Positions 13,305-26,480 of a stretch of DNA of 64,000 nt are shown here, piece after piece. The stretch is taken from assembly GCF_004010195.1 (NCBI RefSeq), contig NC_057754.1, positions 11,538,008-11,602,007 of the forward strand, written 5' to 3'. Within the stretch, counting starts at the first letter, position 1, and each line of letters begins with the position of its first letter. The position numbers were made by a program, and so were the translations under genes. Source of the DNA: Chiloscyllium plagiosum (Eukaryota). The notes beneath the pieces were generated by a model. The model saw only the letters and a program-made list of their open reading frames with translations. It was not told where the DNA came from and ran no database searches.

Positions 13305-13441
13305 TTAGGACAAAGTGAGGACTGCAGATGCTGGAGATCAGAACTGAAAACCTGAAGAAGGGCTTATGCCCGAAACGTCGATTCTTCTGCTCCTTGGATG
13401 CTGCCTGACCTGCTGCGCTTTTCCAGCAACACATTTTTCAG
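13305..13441 (+). mobile_element. Penelope-derived mini-element (family A) with a minimal hammerhead motif
   Basis: 12-bp TSD ccaagaccagag at 13293-13304 and 13442-13453. Core ctgaaga-a-gggc-ttat-gccc-gaa-acgt-c at 13352-13379. The site is empty in the paralog at about 31705. Confidence 0.85.
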
Positions 13442-14763
13442 CCAAGACCAGAGCTGTCAGCAGAAAGCGTTACCTTTCTGCTGCTTTGAAGAGGGCAGTG
13501 TCCCAGCTCACCTGTTGACATTGTGCGGTACTTTTATATAATTTTTCTGTCTTTCAGTTCCTCCGTGTGTTTTGGGAACAAATTAAACTACTTACAGCAC
13601 AGTTTGAAAAAAATCAAAAGCTTTGAAATGTAAAGTTCACATCATTTCTCAACTTTATAATTTTCCCTTCAAATCGATTTTGTATCCTGGAATAAAATCA
13701 GAAATCAAACCAGTTCTGAGGAAAGGTGGAGAAATTAGACCACTCAGCCCATCGATTCTGCTCCGTCAATACGGCTGATAGGTTTTCCAATCCCATTTTC
13801 CCGCTTTCTCCGCCTAACCTTTGATTCCCTTGCTCCTCAAGAACAGCGGAGGCGGAGCGAATAGCAGAAGAGCAATTTTCTCAATACAAATGAAAGAAAA
13901 TAATCAATGAAGGCAGGAAAATAACACGTCAACAACCAACACAGAATAAAATGGGTTAAGGTGATGAAAAACGCAAATTTCAGTCTGAAGGGCCTTTTCA
14001 CTAAAAAGACATATTTCAATCTTTTCCCAGTTCCCACTGACATCCAGCAATGGTGGTGCCAACGTTGGACTGGAGTGGACAAAGTCAAAAATCACACACT
14101 GGGTTGTAGTCCAACAGGTTTATTTGAAAGTGCAAGCATTCGGAGCCCCGCTCCTGCCTCAGGTGAGAGAGAGTACGTCGGACACAGAATTTGTAAGTAA
14201 TACATCAAAGAGACATACAACTTATGCAAATGAATTGAACAAACCTAGATAGATAAATTGTTTTAAACGCGAATCTGGAAAATGATATTCAATGTTTTAT
14301 ATTTGTGACTGGAGAATAATGTAAAAATGATCACTGCTTATATTGGACTCTGGGGAACAAAGTTTATTGTCGAGATTGTGGTGCTGGAAAAGGGCAGAAT
14401 CCTCGGAGCAGGAGAATTGACGCTTCAGGCAAAAGACCTTCATCAGGAATTCCAGGGAATTCTGGTGTTGGGGCCTATTCCTGTGTTCCTGTTCTCTTTG
14501 TTCTATTACCAATAAAGAAAACCTGAATGATCAAAATGTTTTCATCCCAGATGTGGTTAATAGGTGAATCTGACTCGGACAGTCACATGTAAATTTCTTG
14601 CTGCCTCAGCAGGATAGTAACACCTGCGGACCAGTGTCAATATTGGGAGAGCTAACTTATAGGTCAGACAATAACCAAACATAGTCATACTTACAGCTAG
14701 CTGACTCTCATATCTCATCTTCTCCTCCCTACCTCTTACTGATTTTTTAGTCATTTCTGTTTT

Positions 14764-15090
14764 GGGCGGCACGGTGGCACAGTGGTTAGCACTGCTGCCT
14801 CACAGCGCCAGAGACCCGGGTTCAATTCCCGACTCAGGCGAGTGACTGTGTGGAGTTTGCACACTCTCCCCGTGTCTGCGTGGGTTTCCTCCGGGTGCTC
14901 CGGTTTCCTCCCACAGTCCAAAAGATGTGCGGGTCAGGTGAATTGGCCATGCTAAATTGCCCATAGTGTTAGGTTAAAGGAGTAAATGTAGGGGTATGGG
15001 TGGGTTGCGCTTCGGCGGGTCGGTGTGGACTTGTTGGGCCGAAGGGCCTGTTTCCACACTGTAAGTAAGTAATCTAATCTAATCTAATCT
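14764..15090 (+). mobile_element. Full-length HE1-type SINE
   Basis: tRNA-like head with A box (tggcacagtgg) and B box (ggttcaattcc), and a (TAATC)n tail. Absent from the paralog at about 34070. Confidence 0.95.
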
Positions 15091-15421
15091 GTTGGTTTTT
15101 ATAGAGCCTCTCAATCTTCTGGCTTCTCACTAAACCTCACCACATTGCATACTTTTTCTTTCACTTTTATGCTGTTCCTGACTTCCTCTGTTAGCCATGG
15201 TTGCCTCATCCTCACCTTAGCAGGAACTCCTGATGAAGGGTTTATGCCTGATACGTTGATTCTCCTGTTCCTTGGATGCTGCCTGATCTGCTGTCCTTTT
15301 CCAGTGCAACACTTTCAACTCTGAACTCCAGCATCTGCAGTCCTCACTTTCTCCCAGAACAATGCTCGTTGTTTTATACTGGGCTGTGGAGGATAATAAA
15401 CTGTAATGTTTGTCAATTACA

Positions 15422-16535
15422 GATTTCCACATCCGTTTCAATTGGGCAGTTAATTCTATCACGTATTCCCGAATTTTGTCTTTCAGTGGTCCCATATCGG
15501 TTGTCCCTGTGATTACTGTCTGTCGCAATTGCATTGCTCGCCTGGTCATTAATGCATCTGGTGTCAGCTCGGTTGCCTGATTCGTGGTTGCTCTTAATTT
15601 CAGTAGTAAAATGTGACCCTTAGTCAGAGGCGATCTGGAAGGGTACCCCACCTAGGGATTACCACCTTCACCAATATTCTACCTAAAGTTTTCGTGGTGC
15701 AGCTTTTGGGCGGGGATGCTTTGATCCACCAGGTAAATTGCTGTATGGTGACCAGATAGTACGTTTTCCCACTGGAGGAAGGTAATGGCCCTTTAAAATC
15801 TATCTGAAGTTGTTTCCAAGATCTTTCAGGATGGTGCCTGAACTGCTGTGCTCTTCCAGTCGAGGTTCCAGTCCCTATTGGTGACGGGAGCCATTTTAAT
15901 AGTTTGTAGATGTCTTGTAAGTTTCCCAATCCCTGTCTTACAACCGTTCTGTCTAGGCCAAATCAATTTCCCTTCTGCACAATAAATTAGAACATGATAT
16001 TCTCTCATGAGATCATTGCCCATTATGATGCCCTCATTATTTAGGCATACATAGAATTTCATGGGGATATATATATTGTTTATTTCTATGAGGGTAGTTT
16101 CGCTTAGGTAAGCTGGTGTTTTATCCCCTCCATACCACAGTTAAGTGAATAATTTTATTTGTGTGCAGTAAGGGTAAGTTTGTGTTGGAAACAGCTGCTC
16201 CTGTGTCTATTAGCATTACACATTTCCTGCATCCTGTTATTGCCAGCACGTAAATTCTCCCCTCTCCCTTACCATCATGAATGGGAGCAGCTGGTTGTCA
16301 GCTCTGCTGACTTTGGGTTATCCGCAATTCCACAATGCAATAGGTAATGTTTGGGGGTGCCCCATGCATTCCCTACATACTGCTACTATGTGTCCTATTA
16401 TCTTGCAATGGCTGCAGTATTGTACATTGTTTCCTGCTCTATCTATTGTATTCTGTCCTCCAGCTCTTTAACTTGTTCCTATTTCTTTCTCCACCTACTC
16501 GTGGAGGCACTCACATTTTCAATTAGGAGAGGAAA
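15422..16535 (-). mobile_element. Internally deleted retrovirus-like/LTR element: gag zinc knuckle, protease, integrase
   Basis: Minus strand shows CSHCKIIGHIVAVC (CX2CX4HX4C, about 16375-16416), VMLIDTGAAVS (DTG at 16199-16207), IMGNDL and the integrase core LQIDFKGPLPSSSGKTYYLV...VIPRWG...SD*GSHF. LRATTNQATELTP follows. Confidence 0.88.
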
Positions 16536-17045
16536 AAATGGAGGGCTTGGAGGCCCTGATCATGGCGGATGGAGGTGTAGAGGGATTGGATATCGATGAT
16601 GAAGATGAGGCGTTGGGGGACTCCATACAAAATGTGGACTTCACCAGTTTCCTCATTTCCCCTTCCCTCACCTCACCCCAGTTCCAAACTTCCAGCTCAG
16701 CACTGTCGCCATGACTTGTCCTACCTGCCTATCTTTCTTTCCACCTATCCACTCCATCCTCCTCTCTGACCTATCACCTTAATTCCACCCCATTCACCCA
16801 TTGTACTCTTTGCTACCTTCCTCCCTCCTCTTCCCTGACCTATCACCTTCATCCCCACCCCCACTCACATATTGTACTCTATGCTACTTTCTCCTGACCC
16901 CCACCCTCCTCTCATTTATCTCTTCACTCTTCAGGCACTCTGCCTGTAGTCCTGATGAAGGGCTTTTGCCCGAAACGTTGATTTTCCTGGTCCTCGGATA
17001 TTGCCTGAACTGGTGTGCTTTTCCAGCACCACTCTAATCCAAAAT
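16536..17045 (+). mobile_element. Penelope family A fragment with an inverted RT piece and an intact hammerhead core
   Basis: The minus strand at 16540-16620 reads DIQSLYTSIRHDQGLQAL (Penelope RT). The plus strand at 16952-16979 reads ctgatgaagggcttttgcccgaaacgtt. Confidence 0.8.
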
Positions 17046-17689
17046 CCAGTAGCAGGAGGCCACTCAGCCCCTCAAACCTGCCCTTCTATTCTAGTTCATG
17101 GTTGTTCATCTCTCTCAGTACCACATTCCTTGATGTACCTTGAAGTCATTAGTAACTGGAAATCTAACAATCTCTCTTTTGGACTTATTGAATGACTGAG
17201 CTTCCACAGGCCTCTGGGGAAGAGAATTTCAAACGTTCATTATTCTCTGAGTGCCCGCCCCAACCCAATCCGAAATGGCTTGACTTCTATTCGGAGACTC
17301 TGTCCCTGCTTGTGGACTCCACGGTCAGGGAACATCCTTTCTGTATCTATACCCACTTGACTCTTCCAGTAATATGCAAATTCCTATGAGATCACCTTAC
17401 TTTTTTTAAACTCTAAAGATTAAAGACCCAATGCCAATAATATGACAGTCCCACCAAACAAGGAATCAGTCTGATGAAGCTTCACTGCACTGCAAATACA
17501 TCTTACCAGGACTGCACACAAACGCTCCACCAATGTCTGCACAATTGAAGCCATGACGTGGAGGAGTGAGTGTTCGACAGGGGTGGACAAAATTCCAACC
17601 ATCCGCTAGCTGAAAACGTTTTTTGGCATATCTACTCAATACGTTCTGCCTCTTACCATAAATCTATTCCTATCCCACCCCCGCCCCAG

Positions 17690-17985
17690 GTTGGTCCCTC
17701 GATCAAGGGGTAACGTTTCTTTCAGTCTACCCTATCCATATCTCTCATTATTTTGTACATTTCAATCATGTCTTCTCTCAATAATGTCTTCTCTCAATCA
17801 CCTCTGCTCTAAGAAAAACAACCCCAGTCTGTCTAAACTCTTCATAACTGAACCTCTTCAGTCCAGACAATATCCTGGTAAATCTATTCTGCACCGCTCC
17901 CAGTGCTAACACATCCCCGCTATAAAGTGAATTGCAGAACTGCACACAATAATCTAAATAGAGCCGAATAAACAAGTGAAACAAA
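17690..17985 (-). mobile_element. Old CR1 RT fragment
   Basis: ORF 17778-17984 reads LDYCVQF...VQNRFTRIL. Confidence 0.75.
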
Positions 17986-19674
17986 TGACGCAGAAAGCTA
18001 CAGAAACTGGTCTTTTCAAATAAAATCTCTTTTGCTCAATATTGTCCTGTGTCCTGATTGTCCAATAATCTCTGGTACATGCCAGTAAAAGCTGCGACAT
18101 GAGGTTTGATCTCACAACCGTGGGATCTAAATAGATCGAAGGGTTTAAAGAATCCTTGATGGAGTGATGGATTGGATTCTGCTGAGGGCACCACACAGCA
18201 AACCAACCACTGTATCATCATGGCGCAACACTGCAATGCAACCTTAAAAGGGCCATCAAGTACAGTGTTAAAAACCACACAACACCAGCTTACAGTCCAG
18301 CCACTTTACTTGAAAGGGAAAGCCTGTAATTTCATATAAACCTGTTGTACTCTAACCTGGTGTTGTGTGATTTTTAACTGTCCACCCCAGTCGAACACCT
18401 GCTCCTCCAAATCAGTTAGAGAACTAGTGAAGAGAGTCAAGATTGCTTGGATACTTTACCATTTCTGTATTCCTGATTATAAATTCTCTTCATTTTTGTG
18501 TACTTACCTAAGTTTTTACAAGCTTAGGTTTGTTTAACCCTCACATTATTTTCTCAAATCATCCATTTTGTTGTCCTCCTTTTGTGAAGTTCCTATGCCT
18601 TTAAGACAGATTTGTTCTGTATTGTTTCTCTTCCAGACAAGTGTTGCTGTAGTGTTACCAGAATGTCTGTTTCAGGAGCAGTGGGTGAACCCTTTGAGCT
18701 CTCTCATTGTTCACGATTTCCTAAAGGTTCTTTCACAGCAAGTTTATTCATTTCTCATTGTATTCTCGCAGATCTAAAGTAGCCGGTACCTGAGGTGACT
18801 CTTCAACATTTGTCTTCAGAAAACTATCTCAAACACATTCATGAAGTCTTCTTCCACAGCATTGGGTTACTCCTCATTTGGGACTTGACTACAAAATGAG
18901 CCCAACTGTTCCAGAGTCACCATAAATGTCAAAGATTTTGAGAAATATGCAAAGTTTTCCAATTCTTTTCTATTTTACATTCAGACTAACAGAAATCATG
19001 GAGCAAATTTCTGTACTTAACAAGAATGTCTATTTAGTAGAAATTAATAGACTTTAATTCCAGATAAATAATTATGAAACATGAGGATATAACTACTCAT
19101 TGAAACTTAAACCTCCAATATAAGTTCCCCATCTATGCACCAATACAAAAACAAAATCATGTATGGGGAGAGAAACTAGGAAGGTAGTCCAATAGTCCCT
19201 GTTCACAGAGTTGGCTGAGGTGATTCTTTTGCAGATCAGAATACAGCTTCTCGATCTACCTTCCTCTGTTACTTATTCACAGGAGGCACAGAGTGACTGG
19301 TTAACACTTAGAACGTTCTTTGGCTTATTACATTAAAAGGCATAGCCGACAGCAACTGGAAGTGGGAAATAAACGACTCTCTTCAAGCTGTATTTCTTCT
19401 TGCTGAGCAAAAGCACTCATTCTCCAGAGATCCAGTATTTTCTTTCAAAACATGAACATCCCAAGATGTTCAGCTACCCAGGAGCCAGTAACATAGTTGT
19501 GGGCAGGCCTTTGTCATTGATAAGTGATCATGAGCTTTTGTAAAGAGCAGAATTTAACACAGAAAGAGAATGCAGCTTCTCTTTGGGAATTCCCTTCTTT
19601 CACCAAATCAAAGGCAAAGAATGAGCAGAATTCTTACAGACTGTGTTTGGAGATTCGATGACTGAGCAAATCAT

Positions 19675-19795
19675 TTCTCACACAGATTTTCCTCTTCGTG
19701 AATGGGCTGGTGTTTCTGGAAGCGAATTCAGTGAATCCCTTCCCGCGCACACAGAGAACGTGAACAGCCTCTCTCCAGTGTGACTGTGCCGATGA
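19675..19795 (-). pseudogene. C2H2 zinc-finger fragment
   Basis: HRHSHTGERLFTFSVCAG linker motif in ORF 19678-19869. Confidence 0.75.
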
Positions 19796-20218
19796 GATGG
19801 GATGGGATGGGAAGCTGATTCCTTTTGCACAGCCCTCACATTTGCCCTTTTACTTCCTACTGTGGACATGAAGGCGCGACATTTCTGATGGCATTTCTGT
19901 CGGTGAGCAGTTCAGTTGTGTTTCCAAACTTGCCAGGAACCTTTCTGCTTATTCCACATTCAGTGGTCATTTCCAGGGCAGGTCAGGAGGGTACCACTTC
20001 CAACTCAACAATGTCAGAAAAATGCAGGACAGCATAAAATTGACACTGGGGCAGTTCTCCCCCCCCCCATTGTAAGTCTCGGGGTAACGTTCAACCCAGT
20101 TCAACCTATTCATTTCTCTGCCTGTTTAGTTTACCATCTGCCGGTTTTGGGCGGGGATAATGTTGGTGATGGTTCTACCACGTTATATCTCAATGGCATG
20201 GCACACAGTATGTAGATT

Positions 20219-20545
20219 TCAATTAGGGACAGCAGTTTGGATTTCTTTGCTCAGATTGACACAGTACTTATTTGCTCGGTTTCTGCCTGCAGTATACATG
20301 ACTGTCTTGGTTCTTCTAAGTGAAACTGTGTTCCAGCTGTTGGGTTTGTGTTGTACGTCACGGGCCTTCAGTATTTGCTTCAATGACAAATGCCACCTCT
20401 GCTGAGCAGGCTTGAAACTCTTCTTTATTGTGAATTCCACCTTGATAAATGTCTCAGAAATTATTGAACCCAGCAACTTCCAAACTTTATCAAGATCAAT
20501 GTGAATTGCTGCAGCATTGATTGATGTGCCTGGAAAATCTTTCAC
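20219..20545 (-). mobile_element. Highly decayed non-CR1 LINE RT C-terminal fragment (Rex1/Babar-like)
   Basis: KLLGSIISE...KPAQQRWH.LKQI resembles the FKFLG.ISEDL...KKAQQRLYFLR motif. Confidence 0.45.
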
Positions 20546-20789
20546 TATTCTGCTTCATTTCCCTTTACAATTTCAGTCCATAATGAAAGGGTCACTGTGC
20601 ACGTCAATAAGATTCGTCAACAAAGATTAATCAGCACTTTCCCATTGGCAATGCGTGGACCACGTCAGATATTGAACTGCAGATTTTGCACCAAAAATCG
20701 ACTGAAGCCAAAGTTCCGAACAGTGGTGTAATCGAGTTCCGGTAATCGCAAGCCAGTTAGAGGAGATGTTAACAAACCACACTGCACAT

Positions 20790-21065
20790 TGTCAGCCTCT
20801 CAATCCTGGGTGTGATTCACAGCAGCAGTAACAGCAGAATAGAAATCCTGCATTAATTTATAAACTCGCTGCATGTGGATGACCGAATGTATCCATTCTT
20901 ACACACAGAGCAGGGGAACGGCTTGTCACCAGTGTGAGAGAGTTCATGGAAATGCAGGTGCCGGACTGAGTGAATCCCTTCCCACACTCGGGTCAGGTGA
21001 ATATTCTCGCTACAGTGTGCACTATCTGGGTTACAAGAGGTTTGGATGAACATAGAAATCCTTTT
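20790..21065 (-). pseudogene. C2H2 zinc-finger 3' fragment
   Basis: HELSHTGDKPFPCSVCKNG in ORF 20853-21053. The downstream sequence resembles the 3' end of the plus-strand ZNF at 43510-43570. Confidence 0.8.
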
Positions 21066-21745
21066 GCAGTGAGCGTCTCGGTGTTAACTCAATGGGGTAA
21101 TAGCAGAGTGAATCACTTTCCATACCCTGAACAAAGTTAAAAATCACACAATGCCAGGTTGTAGTCCACCAGGTTAATTTGGAGGTATTAACTTTCCAGC
21201 GTTTCTCCTTCATTTGGTAACTATTGGACCAGGATCATGAGACATAGAATTTGTAGCAAAGATCACAGTGTCATGCATGCCTCTGATACAATCTATTGAA
21301 TAATCCTCGCTTGCTGTTAAGTCTTGCATCTTTTAGAATGGGTTACAGGTTTCGGTTCATTTATGTGTAAATTCCAGAAACTTCTGTCAAGTCACATTCT
21401 CGAGATAACTTAAGATTTTATGAAAAAAGGCGACATCTCAGCTCAGTGAAGTCAAGGTGCATGGTGAGAGTCTGTCTGTATCCCAATCTTGAGTCTTCTA
21501 TTTCCAAAGTAGGAATTTATAAAATATTACAAGTATTGACTGCCTTCAAATTGTGTGCCACTTAACGAAAATGGAAGGCATCTGTAATTACAGTCCTGCA
21601 AATGCATACTCTGAACAGACGAAAGACTACCGCGGGTGCCCATCTCGGAATAAATATGGCTTCTCCCAGATTGAAGTGTTTCCTGGGAGCAAATACTGAT
21701 GTTGAAACGCTACACAATTCCAGTGTGTTACATGACACAGGATAT

Positions 21746-21746
<1 letters not shown>

Positions 21747-21778
<32 letters not shown>
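21747..21778. repeat. (AC)16 microsatellite
   Basis: Direct reading of the sequence. Confidence 0.98.
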
Positions 21779-21779
<1 letters not shown>

Positions 21780-22233
21780 GACGACCGGCAATGCACCAGC
21801 AAGACACACAATCCCAGATAAAGAAAGGGCCCTCCTCCCAGTCACCAATCAGACTCATTCCTCCGGTTGACCAGCCGGGCCGTACCCTCTGCCTGTCTTC
21901 ACCTAACCCCACTTCATCACCCTGCTCCCACCAACCCCTTTATCTGCAGCTCCCATGGACAGATTCATTATTTGCCTCAAGTTTTACTAAAAGCTGATCC
22001 ATAATTTACATTCCTCATTCTTAACAGCTGTGATGAAGTGTCCTGAAACATTAACTCAGTTCCTTTCTCCGCAGAGTTCTCCAACAATTTCTGTTCTCAC
22101 TACCTCCTTCAAGGTCGTTTGTCTGGATGGCAACATTTCGTGAATCGTGTGAAATGACATTCAAATTTGTCTGAATGCTGTCGGTCGTAGCTCTCTCTTA
22201 ACCAGTCTTTCCTTGCCCTACTGCCTTCCACAC

Positions 22234-22302
22234 CGGGAATTGAACCCGGGTCTCAGGCGCTGTGAGGCAGCAGTGCTAACCACTGTGCCACCGTGCCGCC
22301 CA
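22234..22302 (-). mobile_element. HE1 SINE head only, flanked by a 65-bp direct repeat
   Basis: Reverse complement of the SINE's tRNA-derived head. Repeats at 22169-22233 and 22304-22368 differ by one base. Confidence 0.9.
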
Positions 22303-22449
22303 CGTCTGAATGCTGTCAGTCGTAGCTCTCTCTTAACCAGTCTTTCCTTGCCCTACTGCCTTCCACACACCAAAACGTTTGAATTTTTTTTTTACTTCCT
22401 CCCTCAATGGCTTCAAAAACACAAACCTCACCCAGTTCTAATGAAAGGT

Positions 22450-23052
22450 TATGGATTTTAGCGTTCATTAGCAGAGGGATTGAATTCAAGAGTCGTGAGG
22501 TGATGTTGCAGCTGTACATGACCTTGGTAAGGCCACATTTGGAGTGCTGTGTGCAGTTCTTGTCGCCTCATTTTAGAAAAGATGTGGAAGTTTTGGAGAG
22601 GGTGCAGAAGAGATTTACCAGGATGTTGCCTGGAATGGAGAATAGGTCGTACGAGGATAGGTTGAGAGTGCTAGGCCTTTTCTCATTAGAACGGCGAAGG
22701 ATGAGGGGTGACTTGATAGAGGGTTATAAGATGATCAGGGGAATAGATAGAGTAGACAGTCAGAGACTTTTTCCCCGGGTACAACAGAGTGTTACAATGG
22801 GACATAAATTTAAGGTGAAGGGTGGGAGGTATAGGCGGGATGTCAGGGGTAGGCTCTTTACCCAGAGAGTGGTGGGGGCATGGAATGCTCTGCCTTGGGA
22901 GTGGCAGAGTCAGAATCATTGGTGACCTTTAAGCAGCAATTGAATAGGTACATGTATAGGTGCTTAAGCTAGGACAAGTGTTCGGCACAACATCGTGGGT
23001 CAAAGGGCCTGTTCTGTGCTGTATTGTTCTATATTCTATGTTGTATGTTCTA
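22450..23052 (+). mobile_element. Young CR1 3' end, same subfamily as 11652-13096
   Basis: ORF 22407-22925 is nearly identical to the 11756-12358 peptides, and a (TTCTATG)-like tail follows. Confidence 0.93.
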
Positions 23053-23104
23053 TATGAAAGAAGAATCCTGCTTGAAAAGACACAGGGGCAAACATGCATT
23101 TAAT

Positions 23105-26100
23105 ATGATGTGGAGGAGCCGATGCCGGACTGGGGTGGACAGATTAAAAATCACACAACATCAGCTTATAGTCCAGTAGGTTTACTTGGAAGCACCACCT
23201 TCGGAGCGCTGCTCCTGCAACACGTGATTGTGGAGTCTAAGACCGTAAGACACAGAATTTATTTCAGAAGATTACAGATTCACGAGGCTGAAATGATATA
23301 TTGAACAAATCTGGATAGCTATTAAATATTTCATCTTTTAGAATGGGTGGCAAATTTTGGTTCATTCATGTGCAAATCCCAGAACCTCTTTTATGTCACC
23401 TTCTCCAGATAATTTAAGATTTTATAACAAAAGGTGACATCTCAGCTAAGACAATGCATTAAAGGTGAGAGTCGAGAGTGTGGTGTTGGAAAAGCACAGG
23501 AGGTCAGGCAGCATCGGAGGAGCAGGAGAAATGACATTTTGGGCAAGGGCTCTTCATCGGGAATGAGGCTTGTGAGCCAAGGGGGTGGGGAATGGCACTG
23601 TGGGGAAGGTAGCAGAGAGTGCGATAGGTAGATGGTGGTGGGGGTAGTGATGATAGGGCAGAGAGGAGGTTGGAGTGGATAGATGGGAAGGAAGATGGAC
23701 AGGTAGGACAGGTCCAAGAGGGCCGTGCCACTTCCGAAGGTTGGATCTGGGATCTAGGGAGGAGAGTAAATTAGAAAACTAGTAAAATCCATATCGATGC
23801 CACGTAGTTGGAGCTTCCCAAATTGGAAGATGAGGCTTTCTTATTCCTGGTGTTGGATGGTTAGGGTGTGGCAATGGAGGAGGCCCAGGACCTGCATGTC
23901 CTTGATGGAGTGGGATGGGGAGTTCAAGTGCTTGGTCACAAGGTGGTGGGGTTGGTTGGTGTGGGTGTCCTGGAGTTGTTTTCCGAAGTGTTCTGCAAGT
24001 AGGCATCCTGTCGTCCCAATGAAGAGGACACTGCAAAAGCAACAACGGATACAATAAATTACATGTGCGCAAGTGCAAGTAAAATTCCTTTGGATGTCGA
24101 AGGCTCCTTTAGTGGTTTGTGCAGAGGTGAGGGGGAGAGGCAAGAGATATGTGAGAAAAGCTTTTACACACAGAAACCAGTTTGGGTATAGAAGGCACTG
24201 CTTGGAAATGTGGCGGGGGGGGGGGGGGGGGGGAGGAGGGTGGTGGTGGTTTGGACCTGACAAGGGATTCGCGGAGGGAATGGTCTTCAGGGAAAGTGGA
24301 TATGGGTAGGTCATGGAACATATCCCTGGTGATGGGGTTCATTTGTCTGTGACACAGATATCAGAGGTTGAAATGATGTATATGGAGGTTGATTGGGGTA
24401 TGGATGGTCAAGACCAAAGGGTTCTGTCCTTGCTACATTTAGGCGGGTGGGGTTCGGGGGTGGAGGGATGGGAAGTGGATGAGGCACACTGGAGGACATT
24501 GTCGACCATGCTGGGTGGGGAAATTGCGATCTTTGAAGAAGGAGGCCATCTGGTGTGTTTTGTGGTGAAACTCTCATCCTGGGAGCATATGCAGCAGAGG
24601 CAGAGGAGTTGCAAATAAGGGACAGCATTTTTACAAGGGGCATGGTAGGGGGAGGTATAGTCCAGGTAGCTGTGGGAGTAGGTGAGTTTGTGGAAGATGT
24701 CAATGTTGAGTTGGTCACTATTGATGGAGATGGAGAGGTCCAGGAAGGGGAGGGAAGTGTGTGGGATGTTCCAACCAATCATAAGGTTGAGGTGGAATGT
24801 ATTGGCGAAGTTGATGAACTTTTCAACCTCCTTGAGTGTTCACGACACAGAGCCAATACAGTCATTAATGTAATGGTGAAAAAGGTGGGGAGTGTTACCC
24901 GTGTAAGTGTTCCACGTAAACAACAAAGAGACGGACATGGCTGAGGCTCAAGCGGATGCCCATGGCTACCCCTTTCATCTGGAGGAAGTGGGAGGATTCA
25001 ACGGTGAAAGTATTGAGGGTGAGAACCAGTTCAGCCATGCGAATGAAAGTGTCAGTGGAGGGGTACTGGTGGGGATGCCGGGATTGAAGAAACAGCGGGC
25101 TTGGAGGCCTTTGTCATGGTAGAAAGGGGTGTATGTGAACTGGATGCCCATGGTGAAGATGAGGCATTGGGGGCTGGGGAAACAAAGGTCTTGGAGGAGA
25201 TGGAGGGCTCATGTGGTGTCCCAAATGTACGTGGGGAGTTCCTGAATTGTGTGGGTAGGATAGTATCAAGGTCTGTGGAAATGAGTTCAGTGAGGCTGGA
25301 GCAGACTGAGGCAATGTGTAGGCTGGGGCAATGGGGTTTGTGAATTTTGGGTAGGAGATTGAACCGGGTGGTGTGTGCTTCTGGAACTATGAGTTTGGAG
25401 AATGTGGGTGGGAGATTCTCTGAAGTGTTTAGGTTGTGTATGGCCTGGGATAATATGGTTTTATGATAGGCGGTGAGGTAATGTTCAAGGGGGCAAAAGG
25501 AGGAGGTGTCTTCGAGTTGGCGTCTGGCTTCAGCGGTGTAGAGGTCAGTGAACCAAACTATCACTGCATGGTCCGCTGGTTTGATAGTGAGGTTGGGGTG
25601 GAGTGAAGGGGTTGGAGGACTGTCAGTTGCGAAGGTAAGAGGTTAGAGTGGGTGAGAAGGGGTCCACAGGTTGAGGTGGTCAACATGGGAGGCGAAGGTG
25701 GGAGGTCAGGTGACTTATATAAAACGAGCCAAAACTTGCAACCCATTCTAAAAGATGAAAGACTTATCAATACAGGGTTTTTCAATATATCATTTCAGGT
25801 GCATGACACTGAGATCTTTTGCTATAAATTATGTGTCTTCTGATCCTCGTCCACAGCTACCTGAAGGGGAGTAAATGGCTCATTCTCATGTAGGTAGATT
25901 GTGACCAATGGAGTATTGCAAGGATCGGTGAGTGGACTCCAACTATTCAGAACCAATATCATTGATTTGGATATGGAAGCTGAGCAGAGGGGATTATATT
26001 TCCAAAATGAAGTTCTTCGATTTACTGTCTGTATAATGAACGGAAACTTGCAAACCATTCTAAAAGATGAAAGACTTAACAATCCAGTTTTGTTCAATAT

Positions 26101-26240
26101 ATCATCTGAGTCTCATGACACAGTAATCTTTAGCTATAAATTCCGTGTCTTACATGGCTCCACAACCAGCTGATGAAGGAGCAGCGCTCGGAAAGCTAGT
26201 GCTTGCAAATAAACCTATTGGTATAATCTGGTGTTGTGTA
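23105..26240 (-). mobile_element. Penelope family B terminal repeat carrying a nested Penelope family A body (about 23470-25712), paralog of 4636-7385
   Basis: ORF 23841-24314 reads FTCTCAHVIYCIRCCFC...IGTTGCLLAEHF (GIY-YIG). RT remnants lie at 24408-25564, and a plus-strand hammerhead-like core at 26170-26198. Confidence 0.85.
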
Positions 26241-26480
26241 ATCCTTGTCCGGATGTGCAGAAAGAAACTTATCAGCCAGCGGGCGATTGAATCTGGAACT
26301 CACTGTCTGTCAGGGTGGGAGAGGCAGAAACCCTCTTAACGTGAAGAAGTATTCTGATGTGATGCGAAGGTCCACAAGTCAATGTGTCAAATGATTAAAA
26401 ATATAAATAACAAAATAATGCAATCGCCTTTTGACCGTTACAGACACAATAGGTCAAATAGCAATGCTTTTGCTGTAAGT

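Noticed and set aside
14764..14835. tRNA-like sequences at SINE 5' ends (also 22234, 39497, 63014)
   Set aside because: They are SINE heads, not tRNA genes.
19300..20070. Possible Gypsy remnants (KIDTGA near 20040 and an RNase H-like tail near 19420-19500)
   Set aside because: The motifs are isolated and their order is inconsistent with gag-pol, so they are too weak to call without a profile search.
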